From Vicinamibacteria bacterium (lineage in GTDB: Bacteria; Acidobacteriota; Vicinamibacteria; Marinacidobacterales; Marinacidobacteraceae), in the NCBI GenBank assembly GCA_963555995.3, contig OY821641.1, positions 256,001-320,000 of the forward strand: DNA of 64,000 nucleotides, written 5' to 3'. How positions within the stretch are numbered: position 1 is the first letter of the stretch; every line of letters starts with the position of its first letter. Positions 55,319-64,000 of the stretch are shown piece after piece. The notes under the pieces were generated by a model. It was not told the DNA's origin, searched no databases, and saw only the letters and a program-made list of their open reading frames with translations. Position numbers and translations under genes: made by a program.

Positions 55319-55436
55319 GTCCCGCCGCCTTGATCATCAATGGGGTGTGCAGGAGCACCTGATCCTGGGTGTTTATCCCGGGTCCGGGTCCGGAGGGACG
55401 CGACATGCACGCCCCCGGGCCTACCCGCGATTGACC

Positions 55437-56354
55437 CTACTTCCCCAGGCCGTCCCAGATGTCGTTCATGCCGAGCTGGTAGGCGAGCTGGCGCAGCGAG
55501 TCCGTGGTCTTCAGGTCGAGGAGGATTCCACGGGTGCGGCGCTGCTCCTCGACGGCGGCGGCCTCCTGCCCCGGATAGCTGATCCGGGCCCGCCGCAGTT
55601 GGGAGAGCCGCTCCACCATCCGGTTGCGGAAACCGGCCCAGGGGGCAAAGGCGCGAACCCGGAAGGCGAGGAACAACTGCCCGGTTCCGCCGTGCACCGG
55701 TTCGGGCCGGGGCTCGGCGGTGAATTCCGCCGGCAGCGCGGCGCCCCCGAGACTCACCAGGAACTCGAGCGCCAGCGCCAGGTCCCGGTCGCCGCCGTCC
55801 GGGAAGCGGAGATTCAGGACGAGCGGATCCGCCGTTTCCGCGGTCGGCACCGCAATTCCGAGCGCGACCGGGTGGGTGGCGGCGGGAGAAGCGCCCGGTT
55901 CCGGCAGGCCCGGATCACCGGCGATCGCGATGCCTGCCATCTGGTGGGGCAGCGCGAGAGCGGCGGCGCGTCCCGCCGATCCCAGACGGTTGCCGCGGCG
56001 CACCGCAGTGCTGCCGACGCCGTGCCGGTTCGCGCCGCCGATGGCCTCGGTCATCGCCCGCTGGGCGACCGCGGGCCCCGGTCCGTTGTCGCCGTCGAGC
56101 ACCGCCGTCCCGCCCGAGGAGGCCACCAGCTTCATCTCCGGCGCGGTGTTCACGTGCCGCGTGGAGAGTTTCCGGGCCAGGTCGGGCAGCCAGACCACCC
56201 CGTCGGCGTCCTCCCCGGCGAGGTTGGCCGCCACCATCGCGTCCGCCGTCTGCGACGCCAGTTCCGGCGCCAGCCGAACCCGCTTCAGCGCTTCCCGGAC
56301 GAAGAAGTGGAGCTGCCCGTGCCGGACCCGGAGCGGTGCTCCTTCCCCGCTCAC
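55437..56354 (-). CDS. Ldh_2 (Ldh/ComC/AllD) family protein, degenerate active site
   Basis: AVLDGDNGPG..VA..AM, GVG..AVR.GN, GQLFLAF, YPGQ...RTRGI; GTGA overlap with the NSS gene. Confidence 0.7.
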   Translation of the reverse strand: MSGEGAPLRVRHGQLHFFVREALKRVRLAPELASQTADAMVAANLAGEDADGVVWLPDLARKLSTRHVNTAPEMKLVASSGGTAVLDGDNGPGPAVAQRAMTEAIGGANRHGVGSTAVRRGNRLGSAGRAAALALPHQMAGIAIAGDPGLPEPGASPAATHPVALGIAVPTAETADPLVLNLRFPDGGDRDLALALEFLVSLGGAALPAEFTAEPRPEPVHGGTGQLFLAFRVRAFAPWAGFRNRMVERLSQLRRARISYPGQEAAAVEEQRRTRGILLDLKTTDSLRQLAYQLGMNDIWDGLGK

Positions 56355-57652
56355 GCGAAGAGCTCCCGCAGCGTCCCGCTCCAGCCCCAGAACAGGACGA
56401 CCACGATGGCCGCCGGGATGACCCAGCGGATCCAGAAGAGCCAGAGACCGCCGAGCGGCTTCGCCGAGCCCCGGCTCGCCTCGGCGAGCGCGCGGCCCCG
56501 CGAGACGAAAAACCCGAGGCCGATCAGGGTAAGCGCCGACCCGATGGGCTGCATGGTCGAGCCCCAGATCAGGTCGCTCCAGCCCAGGTAGTCGGAGCTG
56601 ACCATCGAAGGCAGCGCCAGCGGGATCTGGAGGGCGACTGCCGCCGCGACCACCGTCCGCCGGCTCCACCCGGTCCAGGGGACCGCCGAGTTGACGATGA
56701 CTTCGAGGGCGGCGAGGGCCGACAGGAAGGCGGCCAGGAAGAGGGCGAGGAAGAAGACCGGGCCGAAGAACTCGCCGCCGGGCATGGCGGCGAAGACGCG
56801 GGGCAGGGTGAAGAAGACGAGTGGCGGCCCCGAGGCCGGCTCCACCCCGAGGGCGAAGGCCGCCGGCAGCACCGCGAGCCCGCCGAGGATGGCGGCGCCC
56901 GAATCCCCGAAGATCGTCGTGCCGGACAGCCGGCGCAGGTTGGCGTTCGAGGGCAGGTAGCTGCCGTAGGCGAGGAAGAAGGTGCCGCCGAGCGAAAGGC
57001 TGAAGAACGCCTGTCCGAGGGCCGCCAGGAACGTCTCGGCGCTCACGCTGCCGAGGTCGGGCCAGAGGAGGTAGCGGATTCCCTCGGAGGCGCCCGGCAG
57101 CGTGACCGAGCGGACGGCGACCACCACCAGGCCGATGGCGACGAGCGGCATGGCGATCCGCGACAGCCGCTCGACGCCCCGCCGCACCCCGAAGGCGGCG
57201 ACCAGGCCCATCGCCCCGAACACGAGCACGGTGAGGCTGAGATTCAGCCCCGTCATGCCGCCGAAGTTCCGGGCGTAGAACGCCTCGGGTTCGACCACCA
57301 CGCCGCCGAGCGCGGCGTAGAACAGGACCTGGGCCACCACCACCGTGTAGTAGGAGCAGGCCATGAACACGGTCAGGAAGAGCAGGCCCCCGATGAAGCG
57401 GCCGCCGGGCATTCCGATGCCGGTGAAGGCGCCGCCGGGACCCGCCCGGGTCAGCCGTCCCAGGCTCCACTCGCCGATCAGCGCCGGAGCGCCGAGCAGC
57501 AGGACGAAGGCGATGTAGATGGCGACGAACGCCCCGCCCCCGTACTGGCCCGCCATGTAGGGGAACCGCCAGATGTTCGCGAGGCCGACGGCGACCCCGA
57601 TGAGCGTCATCGCGGTCCCGAAGCGGGTTCCGAAGCGCTCGCCGACGCTCAT
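56351..57652 (-). CDS. Sodium-dependent transporter (NSS/SNF family)
   Basis: GVAVGLANIWRFPY..GQYGGGAF, GQAFFSLSLG, YGSY, GPPLVFFTLP. Confidence 0.93.
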   Translation of the reverse strand: MSVGERFGTRFGTAMTLIGVAVGLANIWRFPYMAGQYGGGAFVAIYIAFVLLLGAPALIGEWSLGRLTRAGPGGAFTGIGMPGGRFIGGLLFLTVFMACSYYTVVVAQVLFYAALGGVVVEPEAFYARNFGGMTGLNLSLTVLVFGAMGLVAAFGVRRGVERLSRIAMPLVAIGLVVVAVRSVTLPGASEGIRYLLWPDLGSVSAETFLAALGQAFFSLSLGGTFFLAYGSYLPSNANLRRLSGTTIFGDSGAAILGGLAVLPAAFALGVEPASGPPLVFFTLPRVFAAMPGGEFFGPVFFLALFLAAFLSALAALEVIVNSAVPWTGWSRRTVVAAAVALQIPLALPSMVSSDYLGWSDLIWGSTMQPIGSALTLIGLGFFVSRGRALAEASRGSAKPLGGLWLFWIRWVIPAAIVVVLFWGWSGTLRELFA

Positions 57653-57658
57653 GGCCGC

Positions 57659-58387
57659 TCAGTTCGCACGCAGGTAGTCGCGGGCGTTCAGGGCCTGCCC
57701 GGTCGTGCCTGCCGATTCCGGGGACGCCAGGTGAACGAACACCTCCGCGATCTCTTCCGGCGTCGGGAGGGTCAGCGGATCCTCCGCCGGGTAGGCGGCG
57801 GCGCGCATCGGGGTGCGGGTCGCTCCCGGATTGACGCTGTTCACCCGGACCCCGGTGTCCCCGAGCTCGGCGGCGAGGGTTTGGGTGAAGCCCTCGAGGC
57901 CGAACTTGGACACCGCGTAGGGCCCCCAGTTGGGCTTGCCGATGCGGCCCACGGTCGAGCTGACGTTGATGATGGAGGCGGTCTCCCGTTCGAGGAAGGC
58001 CGGGAGGAGCGGCTTCGTCACGTAGAGCAGGCTCGCGGTGTTGATCCGCAGGGTGTCCGCCCAGACCTTCGGGTCCTGCTCGATGATGGGCCCTCGCACG
58101 CCCAGGATCGAGGCGTTGTTGACGAGGACCGAAAGGTCGGGGAAGCGGGCGAGCGCGGCATGGACCATCGCCCCGGCCGATTCCGGGTCGCCGACGTCCG
58201 AGGCGGCATAGCCGATCCGCCCCGGGTGAGCCGCTGCGAGTTCGTCGGCGGTCTCGCGGAGGCGGTCCTCACCGCGGGCGGTCAGGAAGACCCGGGCTCC
58301 CTCCCGGAGGAAGACGCGGGCGAGGCCGCGCCCGATCCCGGAGGAGGCGCCGGTGATCAGCGCCGAGATGCCATCGAGCCGTCTCAC
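57659..58387 (-). CDS. Short-chain dehydrogenase/reductase (YciK-like)
   Basis: ITGASSGIG, NNAS, YAVSK, NPGATRTPMRAAAYP. Confidence 0.88.
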   Translation of the reverse strand: MRRLDGISALITGASSGIGRGLARVFLREGARVFLTARGEDRLRETADELAAAHPGRIGYAASDVGDPESAGAMVHAALARFPDLSVLVNNASILGVRGPIIEQDPKVWADTLRINTASLLYVTKPLLPAFLERETASIINVSSTVGRIGKPNWGPYAVSKFGLEGFTQTLAAELGDTGVRVNSVNPGATRTPMRAAAYPAEDPLTLPTPEEIAEVFVHLASPESAGTTGQALNARDYLRAN

Positions 58388-58527
58388 GGGTCTCTCGTCC
58401 GCGCCTCTTCGGCCAGCAGGCGCGCGCGTTCGCGGCGGAGCCTGCGTTCGAGCAGCCCGAGCCGGACCACGTACGCCCCGAGCAGCACGAAGAAGGCGGT
58501 GTAGCCGGCGGACAGCCAGTCGTTCAT
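58384..58527 (-). CDS. ccmD: CcmD-like small membrane protein
   Basis: 47 aa, WLSAGY + TM + basic tail, ATGA-coupled directly after ccmC. Confidence 0.7.
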   Translation of the reverse strand: MNDWLSAGYTAFFVLLGAYVVRLGLLERRLRRERARLLAEEARTRDP

Positions 58528-59258
58528 GACGCCGCCGCGAGTCGCCGCGCGCGAAGCGCTTCGACCGCGCGTGTTTCCCGCTCCAGTTCCATCCGCCACT
58601 GGAAGAGCCAGATGAAGAGGAAGGTGAAGGCGGCGAGGCAGATGAGCAGCGCGACCCACATGTCGGGGTGGAGCCCCGAGTCCGGTCCGCCCATGATGAC
58701 CGGCGCCGGATGCTGGGTGCGCCACCAGCGGATCGAGAAGTAGACGATGGGTACGTCGGCGCCACCGAGGATGCCGAGTACCGCCGCCAGGTTGGCCCGC
58801 CGGGTGGGGTCGTCCACGTAGCCGCGGAGCAGGAGATAGCCGGCGTAGATCAGCCAGAGGACGAAGGCCGTGGTCAGCCGGGCGTCCCACGTCCACCAGA
58901 TCCCCCACGCCGGCTTCGCCCAGATGATCCCCATCGCGAGTCCGGTGGTGGCGAACAGCGTGCCGATCTCGGCGGCGGCGAGCGCCGCCATGTCGTAGCG
59001 CGGATTCCGGGTGCGGAGCCAGGCGACGCTCGCCCCGGCGACGAGCAGAAAGGCGGCGAAGGCGAGCCACCACGAGGCGATGTGGAAGTAGAACAGCCGC
59101 TGGAGGTCGCCCATGGTGAGTTCGGTGGGCGCGTAGAAGAAGACCGCCCAACTGGACACCACGAGGCCGAGCGCGGCGGGGATCGCCCATCTGCCGCCGC
59201 GCCGCGGTGCGCCGCCGTTCATGGCTCCCGGGCGGTTGCCGGGTGTCTCGCTGCTCAT
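58524..59258 (-). CDS. ccmC: Heme exporter protein C (cytochrome c biogenesis)
   Basis: FYFHIA, WAKPAWGIWWTWDARLT (WWD domain), WWRTQHP. Confidence 0.9.
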   Translation of the reverse strand: MSSETPGNRPGAMNGGAPRRGGRWAIPAALGLVVSSWAVFFYAPTELTMGDLQRLFYFHIASWWLAFAAFLLVAGASVAWLRTRNPRYDMAALAAAEIGTLFATTGLAMGIIWAKPAWGIWWTWDARLTTAFVLWLIYAGYLLLRGYVDDPTRRANLAAVLGILGGADVPIVYFSIRWWRTQHPAPVIMGGPDSGLHPDMWVALLICLAAFTFLFIWLFQWRMELERETRAVEALRARRLAAAS

Positions 59259-59293
59259 TCTTTCGGTCGGCAATCCAGGGAATCGGGCAGGAC

Positions 59294-59299
59294 TATACT
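59294..59299 (+). promoter_or_regulatory. -10 element (TATACT) of a probably leaderless transcript
   Basis: TATACT followed by 6 nt and the ATG at 59306; no SD. Confidence 0.55.
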
Positions 59300-59305
59300 C
59301 GGCGA

Positions 59306-60145
59306 ATGCCTCGCTTCCGCTCCCGTCCGCGCCTCGCCGCCTTGCTGCCGGCCGCCGTTTTCGCGGTCGCCGGGGTGGCGAATGCCCAGGTGCTTCCCGC
59401 CTCCGCCGATACCGCCCGGGACCGGTTGAATTCGTCCCCGCGCCACGGCGAATGGGTCTCGGTGCCCGCGCCGGGCGGGGATGCGGTCGAGTCCTGGATC
59501 GTCTATCCGGAGCGGTCGGATACCGCGCCGGTGGTCGTGGTCATTCACGAGATCTTCGGTCTCACCGACTGGATTCGGGCGGTCGCGGACGAGATGGCTT
59601 CCCAGGGTTTCATCGCGGTCGCCCCCGACCTGTTGACCGGCAAGGGGCCGGACGGGGGACGGACCGATTCGGTGGATGGCGACGGGGCGCGGGCGCTGAT
59701 CCGGGCGCTCGACCGCGATGAGGTGCACACCCGGCTGAAGGCGGTGGCGGACTGGGCCACCGCGCTTCCCGCCGCCCGCGATGCCTACGGGGTGGTCGGC
59801 TTCTGCTGGGGCGGACGCACGAGCTTCACCTTCGCCACCGCCGATGCCGAACTCGGCGCGGCGGTCGTCTACTACGGGACGTCGCCTGAGAACGAGACGC
59901 TCGCCGCCGTCGAGGCGCCGGTGCTCGGCCTCTACGGCGAGGACGACGCGCGGGTGAACGAGACGATCCCGCCGGCGCAGAACCGGATGGAGGAGCTCGG
60001 CAAGTCCTTCCAGGTGGAGATCTTCGCCGGGGCGGGACACGGGTTCCTGCGCGCCCAGGAAGGCCGCGAGGGGCGCAACCTGACGGCGTCCTCGCAGGCG
60101 TGGCCGCTCACGGTCCGCTTCTTCCGGGAACATCTCGGTTCCTGA
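59306..60145 (+). CDS. Secreted dienelactone hydrolase family protein
   Basis: Signal peptide, HEIFGL, GFCWGG, D and GHGF triad residues. Confidence 0.9.
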   Translation: MPRFRSRPRLAALLPAAVFAVAGVANAQVLPASADTARDRLNSSPRHGEWVSVPAPGGDAVESWIVYPERSDTAPVVVVIHEIFGLTDWIRAVADEMASQGFIAVAPDLLTGKGPDGGRTDSVDGDGARALIRALDRDEVHTRLKAVADWATALPAARDAYGVVGFCWGGRTSFTFATADAELGAAVVYYGTSPENETLAAVEAPVLGLYGEDDARVNETIPPAQNRMEELGKSFQVEIFAGAGHGFLRAQEGREGRNLTASSQAWPLTVRFFREHLGS

Positions 60146-60186
60146 ACGCGGGATTCGCGCTTGCTGTCAAAGAAAAGGAGGTACTC

Positions 60187-60678
60187 ATGTTCCTGACGCG
60201 TCTGCTGTTACCTGCCGCCATGCTCGCCGGGACCGCCGCGCCCGCCTTCGCGCAGGCTGACGGCGATTTCCGCTGGGTCTTCGTCGGCCAGCGGGACTAC
60301 ACCACCGTCGAACACGGCGGTCACTCGTTCACCGCCGGCGGGCTCCACGGCGTCCTGACCGTGCCCTCCGCGGGCCCGGAGAGCCCGTTCACCGAGGATG
60401 CCCTGCTCCACGGGACCTGCGCCACCTCCATCAAGGTCGAGGAGTCCGGGCTCGAAATCGATTCCCATTGCACGCTCCAGGATGCCGACGAGGACGAGGT
60501 GTATCTGGAGGCCCACCGGGATTCGGGCGATGCCGCGGTCGGGGGCGGCGGACTGGGCGCCTTCGTGTTCACCGGAGGCACGGGGAAGTTCGCCGGGATC
60601 ACCGGAATCGAGTGCCCGTACGAGGTCCACTACCTGGAGGACAACGACACGGTCGTCACCGGCCGCTGCCGGCCCTGA
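60187..60678 (+). CDS. Secreted hypothetical beta-barrel-like protein
   Basis: AAGGAGG RBS, signal peptide AFA|Q, GGTGKFAGITG motif, four Cys. Confidence 0.7.
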   Translation: MFLTRLLLPAAMLAGTAAPAFAQADGDFRWVFVGQRDYTTVEHGGHSFTAGGLHGVLTVPSAGPESPFTEDALLHGTCATSIKVEESGLEIDSHCTLQDADEDEVYLEAHRDSGDAAVGGGGLGAFVFTGGTGKFAGITGIECPYEVHYLEDNDTVVTGRCRP

Positions 60679-60705
60679 AGCCGGCGACCCGGTTGCCGAG
60701 CCCGC

Positions 60706-62127
60706 TCAACGGACCAGCGTGAACGCCTTCCGCGTCTCGTACACCTGCTCGCCGTAGAGGACCCGGATTCCGAGTTCGTAGCGCCCCGGCGCGAAGTCGC
60801 GCAATTCGATCTCCGCATTGGCGGCGGCCTGGCGGGTGCTGGTGGGGAGCGCCTCCGGGCGGACGAAACCCGTGTCCCGGCCCTCCCGGCTCAGGGTGTA
60901 CTCCGCCACGATCTCCGGCAGCTCGCCGTCGTCCACCCGCTCCCCCGGATAGAAGAAGTAGAAGGCCCCGAGGGTCTCGTCCTGCCGGAAGACCCCCGTG
61001 GAACGGGGCTCGAAGTGGGTGCGGCCGAACTGGAAGGCGCGGCCCGGAACGGCGCCGGTGTACTCCTGCATCGTGGTGTCGCCGTAGAGGACCACCGACG
61101 AGAAGCCGGGGTCCGCCTCCGGAAAGGCCGGGGTCTCGATTTCCACCTCCGCCGTGCCGTAGGCATCGGACTGCTCGTCCACCACCCCGAGCAGGAGCCG
61201 GTGCGCACCCGGCGGGAGGACGAGCGAGGCTTCGAAGCGCGTCGGTCCTTCGGCGGCCTGGATCGAGGTGTGTGCGGTCTCGAGCCGGTAGGTGGCGGCC
61301 CCGGGGCCTTCCTCTTCGGCCGATGCGGTCTTGGCGAACACGGAAGCGGCCACCTGACCGTCGCTTCCGGGAGCGAGCGCCGCCTCCGGGGTCTCGAACA
61401 GCATCGCCACGTACGTCGCCCGGTCGTCCACCCGGAAGTAGGCCGGGGTCACCCGGAAGGGAAAACCGCCCGCCGGCGGGGCGCCGCCGCCCATCCGCGC
61501 GAGGACCTGCCGGGCGCGTTCGGATCCCCCGGCGGGGAGGTTCGGGATCACCAGTTGGCCCGCCTCGTCGCGCTCGAACCCGATCTCGGGCCGCGCGATG
61601 AGCCGGCGGCGCATCTCTTCGAGATCCTCGTCCACCTCGGTCCGGTTCTCGAGCCAGAGCTGGCCGTCCTCGTCACGCAGGTAGAGGGCTTCGAGGGTGT
61701 CTTCGAGTCCGTTCTCCGGTTCGGGAGGAAAGACCCAGAGCAGCCCTTCAGGGGTTTCTTCGGTCGCGGGCCGGGGCAGCACCTGGACGGGCATTCCGAG
61801 GAGTACGAAGACGCGCGCCCGGTCACCCCCGCCGTAACCGCCGTCCTCGGAGAAGTTCGAATCGGCAAGCCGCACCCGCGCCAGGTAGAGGTCGAGGGTC
61901 TCGTTCCGGGGAGTGGACGGGTCCGGGTCCCGGCGCATCCAGAAGAGGCGCCGGAAGGCCCCCCGGTCGCCGTGAGTCACGGCCTGGATGGACGCGCGCC
62001 GTTCGTCCCCGGTCATCAGGAAGGACTCCAGCCAGCCGAGTTCGGTGACGGTGGGGTGGCTTCTCCCCTGGGCGAGAACAGCCGCCGGGACAGTCAACAG
62101 CAGGACGGCAAGCAGGACAAACGGCAC
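60706..62127 (-). CDS. GWxTD domain-containing secreted protein (variant motif)
   Basis: Signal peptide; FWMRRDPDPSTPRNE...R...A...F..GYGGDRARVFVLLGMP; C-terminal Ig-like region. Confidence 0.8.
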   Translation of the reverse strand: MPFVLLAVLLLTVPAAVLAQGRSHPTVTELGWLESFLMTGDERRASIQAVTHGDRGAFRRLFWMRRDPDPSTPRNETLDLYLARVRLADSNFSEDGGYGGGDRARVFVLLGMPVQVLPRPATEETPEGLLWVFPPEPENGLEDTLEALYLRDEDGQLWLENRTEVDEDLEEMRRRLIARPEIGFERDEAGQLVIPNLPAGGSERARQVLARMGGGAPPAGGFPFRVTPAYFRVDDRATYVAMLFETPEAALAPGSDGQVAASVFAKTASAEEEGPGAATYRLETAHTSIQAAEGPTRFEASLVLPPGAHRLLLGVVDEQSDAYGTAEVEIETPAFPEADPGFSSVVLYGDTTMQEYTGAVPGRAFQFGRTHFEPRSTGVFRQDETLGAFYFFYPGERVDDGELPEIVAEYTLSREGRDTGFVRPEALPTSTRQAAANAEIELRDFAPGRYELGIRVLYGEQVYETRKAFTLVR

Positions 62128-62227
62128 GACGGAAACCTAGCGCGCGACGGGAGCTGGAACCCCGTCGGCGTCGGGCGGGCTGGTCTGCTACCGGCCGGCC
62201 GGAAGCCTCAATCTGCGAAGGCGCGGA

Positions 62228-62680
62228 TCAGTCCGTTGAAGGGTGCGCGGGGCGCTCCTGGAACTCGAAGTCCTCCTGGCAGCACCAGCAGGGTCCCGGG
62301 AGATGCGAGGTGATGTTGCAGGTGAAGCAGAAGTAGTAGGGCTCGATCGTCTCGCCGTCCTGGACCGTGTAGAGGCGGATGATCTTGCCGAGGCCGTCCT
62401 CCTGCCAGAGCGCAACCTGCAACGGATGCCGGTTCACCCGCTCGTCCGTGAGGATCTCGACCCGCAGGTCCGTCGGGTCCAGCCGGTGGATCGTGCCGTC
62501 CGGCGTCTCGATTCCGAACTCCTCCCCGAAGGAGCAGTCCGTCACCGGTCCTGGTTCACCGTCCTTCAGGCAGACCGGGTGGCCGGAAACGATGACCTCG
62601 CGGCCATCCCGACCCGCCCTCGTGACGGCGGGCGCGGCGATCAGGAGAAGCGCCGCCCGGAGCGCATCGCGTCTTCGCAT
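62228..62680 (-). CDS. Small exported protein with C-terminal Cys-rich metal-binding motif
   Basis: MRRRDAL Tat-like signal; YYFCFTC....PGPCWCCQ. Confidence 0.7.
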   Translation of the reverse strand: MRRRDALRAALLLIAAPAVTRAGRDGREVIVSGHPVCLKDGEPGPVTDCSFGEEFGIETPDGTIHRLDPTDLRVEILTDERVNRHPLQVALWQEDGLGKIIRLYTVQDGETIEPYYFCFTCNITSHLPGPCWCCQEDFEFQERPAHPSTD

Positions 62681-62846
62681 GGGACGGAGGAGATTAGCAG
62701 GGGAACGCCGGTCGTGCCCCCAGTGGACCTTTGGCAGTTCGCGAACGGGCGGCTCACCCGCCCGGCGCCGATGGCGTTCCTGGGCCCAATACGTCGTCCG
62801 GGAGTTCCATAGAATCGGGAAGCGTCTTCCGACGGGAGGAATGACC

Positions 62847-64000
62847 ATGCGGATAAAGGCTCTGCTCTTCGTCCTGCTCTTCGCGGCGGCCCCGGCGGTC
62901 GCCCAGGAGAGCCCCGACTCTCCGGTCCAGGCCGGCATCACCCTGCTGGACACGTGGATCCAGACCCAGATGGAGTTCGGCGGCCTGCCCGGGCTGGTGA
63001 TCGGGATCGTCCACGACCAGGAACCGGTGTGGGTGAAGGCTTACGGCCACGCCTCGCTGGATCCTCCGATTCCCATGAGCGAGGACTCCATCTTCCGGAT
63101 CGCCTCCCACTCGAAGCTGTTCACCGCGATCACGGTGATGCGCGCCCGCGACGCCGGAAAGCTCCGCCTCGACGACCCGGTCACCGAGCACCTGCCGTGG
63201 TTCGACATCCACAACCGGCATCCGGAGGCGCGGCCGGTCACCGTCCGCCACCTGCTGACCCACACCGCGGGGCTGCCGCGCGAGTCCATCCATCCCGCCT
63301 GGACCGACTTCGAGTTCCCGGAGGTGGAGGCCCTGCGGGAGACGGTCTCGGATCAGGAGACCACCTACGCCACGGAGACCAAGTGGAAGTACTCGAACCT
63401 CGGGTTCACGCTCGCCGGCATGGTGGCCGAAGCCGCCGCCGGCGATTCCTTCGCCGACCTCGTGACCGACGGGATCCTGAGACCGCTGGGGATGGACTCC
63501 ACCAGCGTCGGCCAGGTCCCGGCAGACCAGCGGGACCGGCTCGCGACCGGCTACGGCCGCCGGATGCCCGATGGCCCGCGCGAGGTCTTCCCCTTCGTGG
63601 ACGCCCGGTCGTTCGACCCCGCGACCGGCCTTTCCTCGACGGTCCCCGACATGCTCCGTTTCCTCTCCTGGCAGATGCGGGTCCGCGACCGCCGCAGCGA
63701 AGAGGTCCTCGCCAGCAACACCCTGCTGGAGATGCAGCGGGTCCAGTGGCTCCATACCTCGTGGAACAGCGGCTGGGGCCTCGGTTTCTCGGTGCGCCAC
63801 ACCGAAGACCGCGACCTGATCGGCCACGGCGGTGGGTATCCCGGCTACCGCACCCAGACGCAGCTCAGCCCGGAGGAGAAGATCGGCGTCGTCGTCTTCA
63901 CGAACGGCGGTGACGGCGACCCCGGCCGCTACCTCAACAAGGCTTTCGAATGGGTCGGCCCCGCCCTTGCCGCAGCCCGCGCCGAAAAGGAGAAACCCGC
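62847..64000 (+). CDS. Serine hydrolase (beta-lactamase class C-like), truncated by the window end
   Basis: GGAGGA RBS, signal peptide, FRIASHSK (SxxK), LLTHTAG, YSN, GHGGG. Confidence 0.9.
   Translation, partial: MRIKALLFVLLFAAAPAVAQESPDSPVQAGITLLDTWIQTQMEFGGLPGLVIGIVHDQEPVWVKAYGHASLDPPIPMSEDSIFRIASHSKLFTAITVMRARDAGKLRLDDPVTEHLPWFDIHNRHPEARPVTVRHLLTHTAGLPRESIHPAWTDFEFPEVEALRETVSDQETTYATETKWKYSNLGFTLAGMVAEAAAGDSFADLVTDGILRPLGMDSTSVGQVPADQRDRLATGYGRRMPDGPREVFPFVDARSFDPATGLSSTVPDMLRFLSWQMRVRDRRSEEVLASNTLLEMQRVQWLHTSWNSGWGLGFSVRHTEDRDLIGHGGGYPGYRTQTQLSPEEKIGVVVFTNGGDGDPGRYLNKAFEWVGPALAAARAEKEKP

Overview
Very GC-rich bacterial chromosomal window with about 47 protein genes and two tRNAs (Gln-CTG, Ser-TGA). 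It has no CRISPR array, rRNA operon, prophage or autonomous transposase. Gene content (GWxTD protein, carboxypeptidase-regulatory/TPR protein, Zn-ribbon protein next to DUF72, many Tat-exported enzymes) suggests Acidobacteriota; this is inference. Housekeeping genes include serS, pncA-pncB (pncB frameshifted near its 3' end), dprA-topA-xerC, mutM and ccmCD. Other modules are a two-permease RND system, a TPR-lipoprotein-Omp85 operon behind a sigma54-like promoter, a DUF5916-membrane protein-GMC-Gfo/Idh/MocA cluster, an anti-sigma/STAS pair and the CP-ATP-grasp/alpha-E/transglutaminase module. Intergenic DNA carries a ~180-bp MITE family (one copy nested inside another) and several REP/REPIN-like palindrome families whose hairpins have GNA triloops. 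The most striking candidate novelty is a ~150-nt structured minus-strand RNA at 32376-32522. It has an extended -10 promoter, paired ends, and a 5' part that mimics the 3' end of 16S rRNA including the full anti-Shine-Dalgarno. All calls come from reading motifs by eye; no database searches were run.
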